Below the pieces are notes generated by a model. The model saw nothing but the letters and a program-made list of their open reading frames with translations, did not search any database and was not told the origin of the DNA. Of a stretch of 64,000 bases of DNA, positions 42,347-51,330 are shown one piece after another (within the stretch, counting starts at the first letter, position 1; every line of letters starts with the position of its first letter). The stretch lies in IMG/VR virus record IMGVR_UViG_3300028840_002431, positions 1-64,000 of that record, one strand, 5' to 3'. The translations under genes and the position numbers were made by a program.

Positions 42347-43324
42347 TTAGTCCTCTCCGCGAGCGCGTTTCAGGTAGACCAGGGCCATCTCCCTGACTTC
42401 GGCGGCGAAATCAAGAGACTTCACATTGTCCTCGATAGTCGCAGTTGGGTCGAACGATGCGTCCTCTTGCAACCGTTCGATGAAACCCTCGATGCTACGG
42501 CTTTCACCTTCCATCCGCTCTTTCTTCTCGAAATCGAACACCTCCTCAGGCGGTAACACATCCAACGGGAACGTCTCGATGTTGATCCCCTCTGGTTTGA
42601 ACTCCAACAACGCCACTTGAGGCGTCCGTTTGATGTTCTCGTGTATGAGAGCGCCTCGTGAAACAGCCCCCTGGTTCACGAAATGCTTGCCGCCTATGTG
42701 AGAGACGCCCTGATCTTGGTGCCAGTGCCCAAACGCCCAAACATCTGGCCCGTCGGGTGTTATAAGATCTGCGTACTTGAACACCGGTTCCTTGAAGAAC
42801 CCTTCTACATTAGGAGGCGGGGCCTCCCCCGCCAAGGCGTGAACCACCGCTACTAGAAAATCGTCCCCCGGTTGTTTCTGGACAGCACGAAGCTCATCTA
42901 CCGTTCGCTTCAGGCTGTAAGGAACTCCGACGACTCTGACCTGAAACCCTTCGTCTTGAAACACCTCTTCCCGCAGTCTCCGGAAAGCGTTGAAGACATA
43001 CAGGACCCCAAGAGGTTGTTTCTCAATGCTGTCGAGATTGTTATATGTGATGTCGTGGTTGCCTTCCACACAATAAACAGGGCAGCCGTACTGGCCATGG
43101 ATCAAGCCCGTCCGGATATTCAAAGCATGAGGGTTCTTACTCGGCGTCTTTATATGGAAGTAGTCCCCGCCGTCCAGAACGGCGTCAACCTTGTGTTCGT
43201 TGGCCAGCGCTCCTATCTGTTCCAGGTTGGACCAAATCTCTGCCGGATAGTCGCCCTTCCACGACGCGGGCGTCTTATCCGTCAGATGCACATCCGTGCG
43301 AAAAATGAAAGCTACTCTTGACAT
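42347..43324 (-). CDS. sbcD: SbcD/Mre11-like metallophosphoesterase nuclease
   Basis: DVH, GGDYF, GNHD, VVH, FGHWH motifs. Confidence 0.9.
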   Translation of the reverse strand: MSRVAFIFRTDVHLTDKTPASWKGDYPAEIWSNLEQIGALANEHKVDAVLDGGDYFHIKTPSKNPHALNIRTGLIHGQYGCPVYCVEGNHDITYNNLDSIEKQPLGVLYVFNAFRRLREEVFQDEGFQVRVVGVPYSLKRTVDELRAVQKQPGDDFLVAVVHALAGEAPPPNVEGFFKEPVFKYADLITPDGPDVWAFGHWHQDQGVSHIGGKHFVNQGAVSRGALIHENIKRTPQVALLEFKPEGINIETFPLDVLPPEEVFDFEKKERMEGESRSIEGFIERLQEDASFDPTATIEDNVKSLDFAAEVREMALVYLKRARGED

Positions 43325-44517
43325 TCATGCCCCGAATCAAAAGGCCGTTCACAAAAGGGACATATACCCAACTCTGCTTCCAACTGGCGCTTCTCTTGGA
43401 TAGCGTCTTTCAATTCCTTTTTCACCTGGAGCAGTGCCCGAGACACTTCGTACACACGAGTCGCCCACGAATCGAGACGAAGGTAAGACTCCTTGTTCTC
43501 TTTCAGCGGCTCGATGTCCGGGACCACAATAAGTTCAACAGGCTGGAACTTGCCGAAGAACTCTCGCAACAGTTCGACCTTGGAGGCCCACTCAACGAGT
43601 TTGTCGTGCGCGGCATCTGATGACAGGACTTGGAAGCTCGGAAGCTCGATAACATCCACCCCCTCCAAAGCGAGGACCGCCGCCGCCCTGTTTTCATGAT
43701 CCTCTACGAACTCCTCCAAGGCGAAGAAGGCTTCTCCCCCGTTTGTTAGGGAGTCGATGCTTGGAATCTTGACCAAATTTACGTCCTTGAGGTCCCGGAT
43801 TTGCTGGCCCACACTGAGCACAGAAAACAGGAACCGCTCTAATTTCTCGGATTTAACACGAACGCTTTCGGCCTTCCGGTCAAGCTCTTCGAGTTCCACC
43901 ACGCGCTCGACGACCCCGTCCAACCCGTCATAACCAGCCAGGGTCATCCGCAGATCCAGAACGTCCTTCTCTCGGACCTTACGGGTCGCTTTGGCCTCCC
44001 TCCGATCCTTGTCCGCCAGCCGGATGGCAGAGTTGATTTGATCCAACTTCGCCACATCCGACAAAATATCAGCGGCCACAGTGCCCGGTTTGTTCAAGAT
44101 GAAGATGGGCTTGAACTGATCTGACACCTGCAAGATTTCCTTCTCGTCGCCCAGCTTGACCGGGCCGAAGTCTTCCAGGAGGAAATCGGGAGTCCCCCTC
44201 CCTACGACGGTGTGTTCCGTCCCGTTGTACTCATATCGGTTAACCGCGTCGCCCTTTTCCCACAGGAGGTCCAGGCCCTCAGTCTCGATGTGGACCAAAC
44301 AAGAGCATTTACAGGTCTTGGCACCCCGTAGCAATCGGAGACAGTTGGGAGAGTGCCTCACATAGTTGTCTACCGGAGAGCCGGTCAAAGCCGCCTTGAC
44401 GGCCCTGACGATAGCACTCTTGCCGATGTTACTTCTCCCAGCCAAGGCCGAGAAGCCGTCCACCTCGACGACTTCATGGGCCACAGACTGGAAATTCCTG
44501 ATCTCTATCCGAACCAT
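43312..44517 (-). CDS. SbcC/Rad50 ATPase, N-terminal half ending in the zinc hook
   Basis: IEIRNFQS, Walker A GRSNIGKS, Q-loop VSDQF, long coiled coil, terminal CPFC. Confidence 0.85.
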   Translation of the reverse strand: MVRIEIRNFQSVAHEVVEVDGFSALAGRSNIGKSAIVRAVKAALTGSPVDNYVRHSPNCLRLLRGAKTCKCSCLVHIETEGLDLLWEKGDAVNRYEYNGTEHTVVGRGTPDFLLEDFGPVKLGDEKEILQVSDQFKPIFILNKPGTVAADILSDVAKLDQINSAIRLADKDRREAKATRKVREKDVLDLRMTLAGYDGLDGVVERVVELEELDRKAESVRVKSEKLERFLFSVLSVGQQIRDLKDVNLVKIPSIDSLTNGGEAFFALEEFVEDHENRAAAVLALEGVDVIELPSFQVLSSDAAHDKLVEWASKVELLREFFGKFQPVELIVVPDIEPLKENKESYLRLDSWATRVYEVSRALLQVKKELKDAIQEKRQLEAELGICPFCERPFDSGHECQE

Positions 44518-45812
44518 TAAGCACCGCTGTCTTCGGCGCTCTCTATCTCTATTTCGGTCTCGGTCTCGGAGATAGCTTCTTGAACCTCTGCGACGATTTC
44601 ATCGTCCACGCTATCGCTCTCCAAGTCGAACCCTTCCATCAGTTCGTCTTCTTCGTCGAGGTCGGACCCAGCATCCACGCCCGAAGCGTTAACGGCCTGA
44701 GCCAACTTATCCCTTAGCGCCGTGAAAACCTTGGGGTTGTCGATCAGGAACTGGCGGAACTTCTCCTTACCCTGGAACCTCTGTTCTCCCAGAGTGTAAT
44801 AAGCTCCTTGCCGTTTAATCAGCTTCTGGACGACCCCTGTCTCAATGATCGAAAGGTAATCGTCGATGCCGACGCCGAACCGAATGAACATCTGGGTCGA
44901 GTGTCCCTGTTTCGCGTCGAGCTTGGACTTGACCACTTTGACATCCGTGACGTTACCGTAAGGGAACCGCCGCTTCTTACCACTAAGCTGATCCTTACGC
45001 TCGACGAATTCGGACTTGATACGGGCCGTACGCAAACGCAGATACGCGAAGAACTTGATAGCCTTGCCTCCGCTTGTGTTCTCAGAGTCACCGCCACCGC
45101 CCCAACCCCCACTCGTCTGAATCAACGCACGGGTCTGGTTGACAAGGATCAGGGCTGTGCCTGGATGATCAGGGTTTGGTGTGTCCTTATCGTCAGGCAA
45201 ACGGGGGTACTTCCGCAGCCACATGACAAACTTCGGCAGAGCGTTGGAGAACTTGGCCGCGACAGCGCCGATTTTAGCTGCATCGTCGAAGCCCTTCACA
45301 ATCTCGTCCTTGGGGACCATCGAAGCCACAGAGTCCACCCCGACGACATCCATGCCCGCCACGATGCCCACGAACATCATTTTGAAGCCCTCTTCCATGG
45401 AGTCCGGCTGGTAGACCAACAACTTGTCCTCGTCGTAGTCCAGACCCAAGGCTTTGGCGTAGCTGTGGTCCAGAGAGTGCTCGAAATCGATGAACATGGC
45501 CGAACCACCAGCCTTTTGCGCCTCGATCATACTATGGATAAGGAGTGTGGTTTTGCCGCTGGACTCAGGACCATATAACTCCGTGATCCGACGCCGGGGG
45601 AAACCAGGACAAATCAGGCCCTTCCCATCCTTGGTCGGAGTGCCTCCGATCAACATATCCACAGGGAAAGAACCCGTAGACACATAGGGTAACGGCTCAT
45701 CGGTAGGTGACAACGGCTTCTGCTTAGTCGCCTTGAGGATGGTCCTTCTGGCTTTGGCTACCGCCTCCGCCGTCGGATTAACAAGCTTTTTCTTACTGGC
45801 TTTCTTTGCCAT
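44517..45812 (-). CDS. recA: RecA recombinase
   Basis: STGSFPVD, GPESSGKTT, FIDFEH, VDSVASMVP, VNQTR, SGGKAIKFFA; acidic tail. Confidence 0.95.
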   Translation of the reverse strand: MAKKASKKKLVNPTAEAVAKARRTILKATKQKPLSPTDEPLPYVSTGSFPVDMLIGGTPTKDGKGLICPGFPRRRITELYGPESSGKTTLLIHSMIEAQKAGGSAMFIDFEHSLDHSYAKALGLDYDEDKLLVYQPDSMEEGFKMMFVGIVAGMDVVGVDSVASMVPKDEIVKGFDDAAKIGAVAAKFSNALPKFVMWLRKYPRLPDDKDTPNPDHPGTALILVNQTRALIQTSGGWGGGGDSENTSGGKAIKFFAYLRLRTARIKSEFVERKDQLSGKKRRFPYGNVTDVKVVKSKLDAKQGHSTQMFIRFGVGIDDYLSIIETGVVQKLIKRQGAYYTLGEQRFQGKEKFRQFLIDNPKVFTALRDKLAQAVNASGVDAGSDLDEEDELMEGFDLESDSVDDEIVAEVQEAISETETEIEIESAEDSGA

Positions 45813-45818
45813 AATTCC

Positions 45819-46463
45819 TCACTTTGGAAGTAGCGAGAACCTAAAGTACCTCTGGTTCTCTTTAAACATTGCGCCCTTCATGATGGTTTGCCCCTTACGC
45901 TTGCCACGTTTGAACGTGTGGATCTTGGCAAAAGCCTGATACTCGGACGGAGTTAAGTCGTCTACACCAATCTCACCCCGCAACAATTTCCAAAATCTGG
46001 CGGCGAACCGGGCGACATGGTAGGCGTCCGCCACGTCAGAGTTCCACCTTGTGATCCCCGTATCCGCTCTGGCAGCTTCGACCATATCGGACTTGAACAT
46101 CTTTCCTTTTCGTATCTTGGGGTCTTCTTTCGCCAGCATCTTGAGAGTACCGGGATCGAAGTACACCACGTCCTTGCGCCGACTCCAGATAGCCTCGTTG
46201 ACCACCAGGAACAGGGCGTAAAGCCCCTCACTCCACAATTCTCCGAAGGGAGGGGACTCCACGCCCACGTTCTCGATTAACAGATACTGGTCCAACAAGT
46301 CCTGTAGCTCCCGGCGCAAGGTCACGTAACGTTCTACCCAAATGGTCTTCGGTGACGTGGACCAACGGCCTTTCGCGAAAACACGATCCTTACCCACAAC
46401 CACAGAGTTGTGGATACACCAGCCGAAGCCGGTAAGGGACGGATCAAGACCTAACGTGATCAT
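45819..46463 (-). CDS. ruvC: RuvC-like Holliday junction resolvase
   Basis: Start reassigned to ATG 46463; LGLDPSLTGFG, VGVES, KSDMV, DVADA. Confidence 0.85.
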   Translation of the reverse strand: MITLGLDPSLTGFGWCIHNSVVVGKDRVFAKGRWSTSPKTIWVERYVTLRRELQDLLDQYLLIENVGVESPPFGELWSEGLYALFLVVNEAIWSRRKDVVYFDPGTLKMLAKEDPKIRKGKMFKSDMVEAARADTGITRWNSDVADAYHVARFAARFWKLLRGEIGVDDLTPSEYQAFAKIHTFKRGKRKGQTIMKGAMFKENQRYFRFSLLPK

Positions 46464-46492
46464 GAGCAAATGACGGGAAAACCCGCCCCCGA

Positions 46493-47383
46493 TCACACTT
46501 GGTCGAGCATGTCCTGGAAGCTATCCGACGAAATGTCTTCGGTAGCGGAGCCGCCAAGCCCCAGCTTGGTCCGAAGCTGATCCGTGGTCATCTCACGGAA
46601 CGGGATCAACTTCTCGTACATGGGAAGCGCCTGGGCCAACACGGCGTTCTTGAACGTATCGTTCTTCTGCCAAATGGCCGGTCCGGCAGCGGACGGCGAG
46701 ATGTTCTGGAACTCCACAACCTTACACTCCAGCCTGATGTCCTGGGAAGCCAGGGAAAGGTTGTTCTCCCGGAGACCGTCGTTGAGCTTCCAGATATCGT
46801 CATAGACGCGAGTGCTGAAACGCCACGGGATGAGCTTCAGCTTCCCGTCCTTGATCTGCTTTCCAAGAGCCTCCTTGTTGAGTTGGCCCTCGTCCGTCGT
46901 CGGGTAGATCAACAGAAGGGTGGTGAAATACGTCTTGGGTTCCGGCAGCCGCTTCCAGATGGCGTCGTCTTCCGGGCCATCCTTACCCAGACGAGAAAGT
47001 ACGTACCCAAGACCCTCTTGGTAGTGGGCCTTCATGACCTTGAAGTGCGAGACGGAGACATCCAACAACTCAGTCGGAGATAGCTCGTCCACACTCTTGC
47101 TCAGTTCCTTGGCGCGGGCTTCTACCGCCTTCTTACCCACAGCCACTATCTCTTCACGAGTCGGCTTCTTGTCGCCCTCCTCCTTACGAGCCGCCTTGAT
47201 GGCAGCGCGAATGGCGTTCGACTCGTAAGTGTAGAAGTAGACAAAAGCACATCGAATGGTCTGACCCTTGGAGGTCATTTTCAACCACTCTTGTTTGGTC
47301 CCCGCAACGTCTCTCTCGTCAGCGTCGAGAGCAACATCGTCCTCGTACGAATACCCATCAATATCAAATATATCGTCTGACAT
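46493..47383 (-). CDS. Single-stranded DNA-binding protein (gp32-like), putative
   Basis: Start reassigned to ATG 47383 (GAGGA SD); aromatic-rich core, QDIRLEC...FQN, acidic/hydrophobic C-tail DSFQDMLDQV; next to ruvC/recA. Confidence 0.6.
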   Translation of the reverse strand: MSDDIFDIDGYSYEDDVALDADERDVAGTKQEWLKMTSKGQTIRCAFVYFYTYESNAIRAAIKAARKEEGDKKPTREEIVAVGKKAVEARAKELSKSVDELSPTELLDVSVSHFKVMKAHYQEGLGYVLSRLGKDGPEDDAIWKRLPEPKTYFTTLLLIYPTTDEGQLNKEALGKQIKDGKLKLIPWRFSTRVYDDIWKLNDGLRENNLSLASQDIRLECKVVEFQNISPSAAGPAIWQKNDTFKNAVLAQALPMYEKLIPFREMTTDQLRTKLGLGGSATEDISSDSFQDMLDQV

Positions 47384-47541
47384 GGCTTTCCTCTTTTTTA
47401 GGGTCGCTCCAACCACAAATTATCAAGTAGGAGGTTAGAAACGACAGTTTCGTTAGCTGACAGACTTGAGGACCATCTCCAGAGGTATCTATATGAGCCT
47501 AATGGTATAGGGTTTCCAAGCCTGTCAGGAGCCTCTACACC
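47384..47541 (-). promoter_or_regulatory. GGTGTAG promoter motif plus structured leader of the SSB gene
   Basis: Motif at 47535-47541; 12-bp stem 47517-47528 / 47457-47468; small hairpin AACGA-AACTG-TCGTT. Confidence 0.55.
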
Positions 47542-47557
47542 AGGGATACAAAACAAT

Positions 47558-48385
47558 TCACAGTTCCTCCAAAAGAGACAAAACGTCTTCCACTTTTTCG
47601 GCATCGCCGTTACCCGTAGTGTCAGACGACTTCTCTTCCACTACGGGTTGTGGTTCCCCTTCTGCGGGGGAGTCGAGAAATTGGGCGACATCTTCTTCTG
47701 TTACCTCCGAAGTCTCCTCGCTCTCGGGTTCTTTTTCTGACTCTTTTACATCCGGCTCTGGCTCGCCCGACTCTTCTTCCCCTTCATCGGCCTCCTCGTC
47801 AGGCTCGTCCAACATGTTCGCCAGTTCCTCTTCGTTCAAATCATCCAGGGCCATCCCGCCAGAAGGCGATCGAATCCCTTTCGCCTTTGTTCGACCCGTC
47901 CGCTCGTCCCCGTAAAAAGACCCGGAATCGATTTCGATCTGGATCAACCGACGCTGGTCCTTGATGGCGGTCATCGTCGCGTGTAACTCTTTGTTGCGGT
48001 AATTCACCACCTTGTAGACCGCGTCCAACTGGTGCATCCGGTCCTTCAGTTTGTTGATTTCTTGTTGTTCCTCACGGAGCATGAAACCGACAGTGGCCTT
48101 ACGGTCTTCCACGCTGGCAAGAAACCGAACGCGCTCGTTATTAGCCAACAGATTGTCGTGCTCTAGAGCGTAGGCTGCTTCTAACTTCCGAAGCTCGCTA
48201 CTGACCTCTAGCTTCTCCCGGTTCAATTCAGAAATTACCAAACCAACCGCGTTCAGGTAATTCCGGCACGTGGCTATGACGTTTTGAAAATACTGGGGAC
48301 CCAGAGATGCCGGGTCGCTTTCCAACTCCAAGATATAGGAATCCATCTCCTTGAAGATGGCGTCTACACGATCCTCGGTGAGCAT
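47558..48385 (-). CDS. Coiled-coil protein with acidic tail (possible recombination mediator)
   Basis: 275 aa, helical N-terminal two thirds, E/D-rich tail. Confidence 0.7.
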   Translation of the reverse strand: MLTEDRVDAIFKEMDSYILELESDPASLGPQYFQNVIATCRNYLNAVGLVISELNREKLEVSSELRKLEAAYALEHDNLLANNERVRFLASVEDRKATVGFMLREEQQEINKLKDRMHQLDAVYKVVNYRNKELHATMTAIKDQRRLIQIEIDSGSFYGDERTGRTKAKGIRSPSGGMALDDLNEEELANMLDEPDEEADEGEEESGEPEPDVKESEKEPESEETSEVTEEDVAQFLDSPAEGEPQPVVEEKSSDTTGNGDAEKVEDVLSLLEEL

Positions 48386-48393
48386 CCCCCCAT

Positions 48394-48400
48394 CTACACC
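48394..48400 (-). promoter_or_regulatory. GGTGTAG motif upstream of the 47558-48385 gene
   Basis: ATG 11 nt after the T of TA. Confidence 0.55.
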
Positions 48401-48409
48401 ACCGATGAC

Positions 48410-49138
48410 TCACACTGGTGCTTTTATGGGCGTTGTTTGCAAACGAAAAAGAAGTTGATCCACGGACATATCGGCGTCGCGCCACTCTTTCACCGCCTGG
48501 ATAAGCTGTAGCCGGGTCGCGGTCTCGACTTGTTTGTCGCGTCTGCTCTTCTCACCCCCCACCGCGATTAGCTCCTTGGCGACGGGGGCACAAACCTCCA
48601 TTATCCGGCAGAATAAGGCTCCTTGTTCGATCGCGTCGTCCACGGCTTTGTGGGTATGTTTTGGTAAACCCTCGAACCACTCTTTCGGCATATTTCTTTT
48701 GCTCGTCTCTCGAAAGGGTTTCCGAAGAACGGCCATGGCCAGGGTCTTGATATCGAGAGCCTGAAAACCAAAAGGGCTTTTCCCCGTAAATTTGATCAGG
48801 TACCAATACACGAAAGTGAAATCGTACCCCGCCGGGTAACAAACACAAACAGGTTTTCCAGGCAAACGATTTAACCACTCGGTAAAACGTAGCATGACCG
48901 ATTGAGGGGCTACTGGGTTGCTTCTACACGCCTTCCAGGCTTCGGGTTGTGTTTCCCACCAAGCCATCGTTTCAGGGTTCCCGGACGCCCCCTCCAAGGT
49001 CTTCAAGTTGGCTGAAAAGGTGTCCACCAGAGTTTCATCCAACTGGTATGCAGCGGCTCCCAAGCTCAACATAGAGTTAGGACCCGGAATAGGCCCATCT
49101 GACTCCACGTCAACGCTTACATAAATTTCCCTAGCCAT
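48410..49138 (-). CDS. DEDDh 3'-5' exonuclease
   Basis: Start reassigned to ATG 49138; [24 protein letters not shown]. Confidence 0.85.
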   Translation of the reverse strand: MAREIYVSVDVESDGPIPGPNSMLSLGAAAYQLDETLVDTFSANLKTLEGASGNPETMAWWETQPEAWKACRSNPVAPQSVMLRFTEWLNRLPGKPVCVCYPAGYDFTFVYWYLIKFTGKSPFGFQALDIKTLAMAVLRKPFRETSKRNMPKEWFEGLPKHTHKAVDDAIEQGALFCRIMEVCAPVAKELIAVGGEKSRRDKQVETATRLQLIQAVKEWRDADMSVDQLLFRLQTTPIKAPV

Positions 49139-51311
49139 TTTCACTCCCCACCAGATCACGAAAGATGGTGTTGCGTTGAACCACCTTGTCGTTCGCTACA
49201 GCCTTTAACACAGCGTCTGACTGTCCTAACAACCACACCTTATTCCTGGCCCGTGTTATTGCCGTATAGAACAGATTTCTTTGCAACATACGCCCCTGTC
49301 TCCGTACTAGGGGTAAGATTATGGTCTCGAACTCTTCTCCCTGGCAACGGTGTACCGTTACCGCGTACGCCAACTTGAGCATCAATCTAGCTTCGTCCTT
49401 GGGGACTTCAACGTTCGTGTCCGGAGTGTTCCCAACCCCATGGATTCGAAGGGTGAGACTATCCTTTTTGATAGCCACTAACTTGCCAATGTCTCCGTTA
49501 TAGACATTGAGTTCGTAGTTGTTCTTGATAACCATGAGCCGGTCGCCCACCCGTGTTTGAAACTCGGGGAGGCTCCACCGCGCCTGACCTTTGTCCGGGT
49601 TTAACTCGTCTCGCAAAAGATTGTTCAGATTGTTGACCCCGACAACGCCTTCGTACTTAGGAGACAACACCTGAAAATTGGCGTCGCGCCCCTTGAGCTT
49701 GGCGGCCATCTTAACGATAAGCCCCGCAATCTGGCGCTCCTCGGATATCTCCCGGAATTGGAACTCAGTTTGTTCCTTGACCGGAAGGTCTAAAGGCGTC
49801 TTTCCGGCTCTGATCCGGTGGGCAGCCTTTACAATGTCACTCGTCTCAGCTTGTCGGAACACGTGCTCCAACCTGACGTGGGAGACGGCCTCACACAACA
49901 GTAGTTCTCTCAACACATTTCCAGGTCCGACGGACGGAAGCTGTGCGTCGTCTCCGACCAGGACAATCATCGTCTCCGACTCCAAAGCGTCCAGGAGACG
50001 ATAAAACAAACCTTGGTCAACCATCGAGCATTCATCGACGATAATAGCTTGAGTCCGTAACGGTTCGTGCCTGTTGTGCCACCACTGGAAGCCGTCGTAT
50101 TTTAATGCCCGATGGATAGTTGAGGCGCTGTCTTCCGTCACAGCCGCCAGACGCTTTGCGGCGATCCCCGTGGGTGCCATAAGGTTGTAACTTACCCCCA
50201 ACTGTCTGAACAGATGGACAAAGGCACGGATCAACGTCGTCTTCCCCGTCCCCGGTGCCCCTGTCACAACCAACACCCTGTTTGCTATGAGCCTTTCTAT
50301 GGCTTCTCGCTGTCTGTCGGATAACGTTATACTGTTGACGGACTCATAGTTCCGAAGAAAGATTCCGACATCGATAACCAACTCAGACGGGGACAAGAAC
50401 TGTGTGAGTAACGACGCCCCCTCCCGCTCATAAAGATACATATCCGGCAAGTAGACACCCACACCAGGGTCCACCTTTACCTTCTCATCCCTTTCCAGTT
50501 CCTCTATAGCCTTGGTAACTTCGCGGGGGAGATCCGTAGCATCGAATGGCGCTACACCATTAGAGGCGGCTACGACGTTCATGAGTTCCGCGATATCACC
50601 ACGCCTCGCGAATAGGTGTCCCTGGTAAGTCTGTTCTCGAAGAGTCCAAAGAACACCACCCTTGATGCGCCTGGGGTCGCCAAGTTGAAAACCTCTTTTC
50701 ATGGCCAGAGTGTCAACTTGCCGGAAGGGGAAACCCTCGATCTCCATCAAGCGGTACGGATCGTCCCGGATGATATCTATCGAGTCTTCTCCAAACTTCA
50801 TGAATATCTGGGCCACCATCGTTGCCGACAGGCCGTGTTTGCGAAGGAACTCGGCCAGCGTGGCTTCACCGCGAATCCGCCGCCAACGGGTACACGCCAG
50901 TCTCAACACCTCCTCTTCTTCTTCGTCCGCGCTCAAATCATGCCCGTTCAACAGGGCATCATAGGTTTCGGTTCCAAACACCTGGACTGTTTTGCTCAGA
51001 ACCTTCCAGTTATCGAACACCTTGACACAATTACCCAAGAAGAAGCGGACCTCGTTTTCGTCTCTGGCCCAAGGTTGCCAACCCGACGCCTTGTATTGCA
51101 AGCCATACTTCTGGTGGATTTCCCATTCCCCTGAAATTTCCAGAACCGCTCCTTCGATCAACTTCTCGATACCGAAGAAGTACCCCGACACTTTGACATT
51201 ACGGGGACGACGCTCCTCGCCCTTGGCCTCCAAGACCTTAAAGGAGAAGGCGTGGTAGGGAGAGTCCCCGCCGAAGAACACCTTTTTGATACAGCCACGG
51301 TAGTATCCCAC
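49131..51311 (-). CDS. recD2: RecD2-like SF1B helicase
   Basis: DPYRL, HhH region, [49 protein letters not shown]. Confidence 0.93.
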   Translation of the reverse strand: MGYYRGCIKKVFFGGDSPYHAFSFKVLEAKGEERRPRNVKVSGYFFGIEKLIEGAVLEISGEWEIHQKYGLQYKASGWQPWARDENEVRFFLGNCVKVFDNWKVLSKTVQVFGTETYDALLNGHDLSADEEEEEVLRLACTRWRRIRGEATLAEFLRKHGLSATMVAQIFMKFGEDSIDIIRDDPYRLMEIEGFPFRQVDTLAMKRGFQLGDPRRIKGGVLWTLREQTYQGHLFARRGDIAELMNVVAASNGVAPFDATDLPREVTKAIEELERDEKVKVDPGVGVYLPDMYLYEREGASLLTQFLSPSELVIDVGIFLRNYESVNSITLSDRQREAIERLIANRVLVVTGAPGTGKTTLIRAFVHLFRQLGVSYNLMAPTGIAAKRLAAVTEDSASTIHRALKYDGFQWWHNRHEPLRTQAIIVDECSMVDQGLFYRLLDALESETMIVLVGDDAQLPSVGPGNVLRELLLCEAVSHVRLEHVFRQAETSDIVKAAHRIRAGKTPLDLPVKEQTEFQFREISEERQIAGLIVKMAAKLKGRDANFQVLSPKYEGVVGVNNLNNLLRDELNPDKGQARWSLPEFQTRVGDRLMVIKNNYELNVYNGDIGKLVAIKKDSLTLRIHGVGNTPDTNVEVPKDEARLMLKLAYAVTVHRCQGEEFETIILPLVRRQGRMLQRNLFYTAITRARNKVWLLGQSDAVLKAVANDKVVQRNTIFRDLVGSENG

Positions 51312-51320
51312 CGGGCTTAT

Positions 51321-51327
51321 CTACACC
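51321..51327 (-). promoter_or_regulatory. GGTGTAG motif upstream of recD2
   Basis: GTG 12 nt after the T of TA; no SD. Confidence 0.55.
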
Positions 51328-51330
51328 AAC

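Noticed and set aside
8872-46490. GGGTTTTC string in three spacers (before 8826, 32910 and 46463)
   Set aside because: Distances to starts are inconsistent, one further copy (~37506) is in the opposite orientation, and there are too few instances to separate from chance.
47449-47462. GTCAGCTAAC in the SSB leader matching part of the c-di-AMP (ydaO) riboswitch
   Set aside because: The other conserved elements (GGGGGACCCA, GAAUC, CGUAAGCG) are absent, and the segment is explained by the local 12-bp stem.
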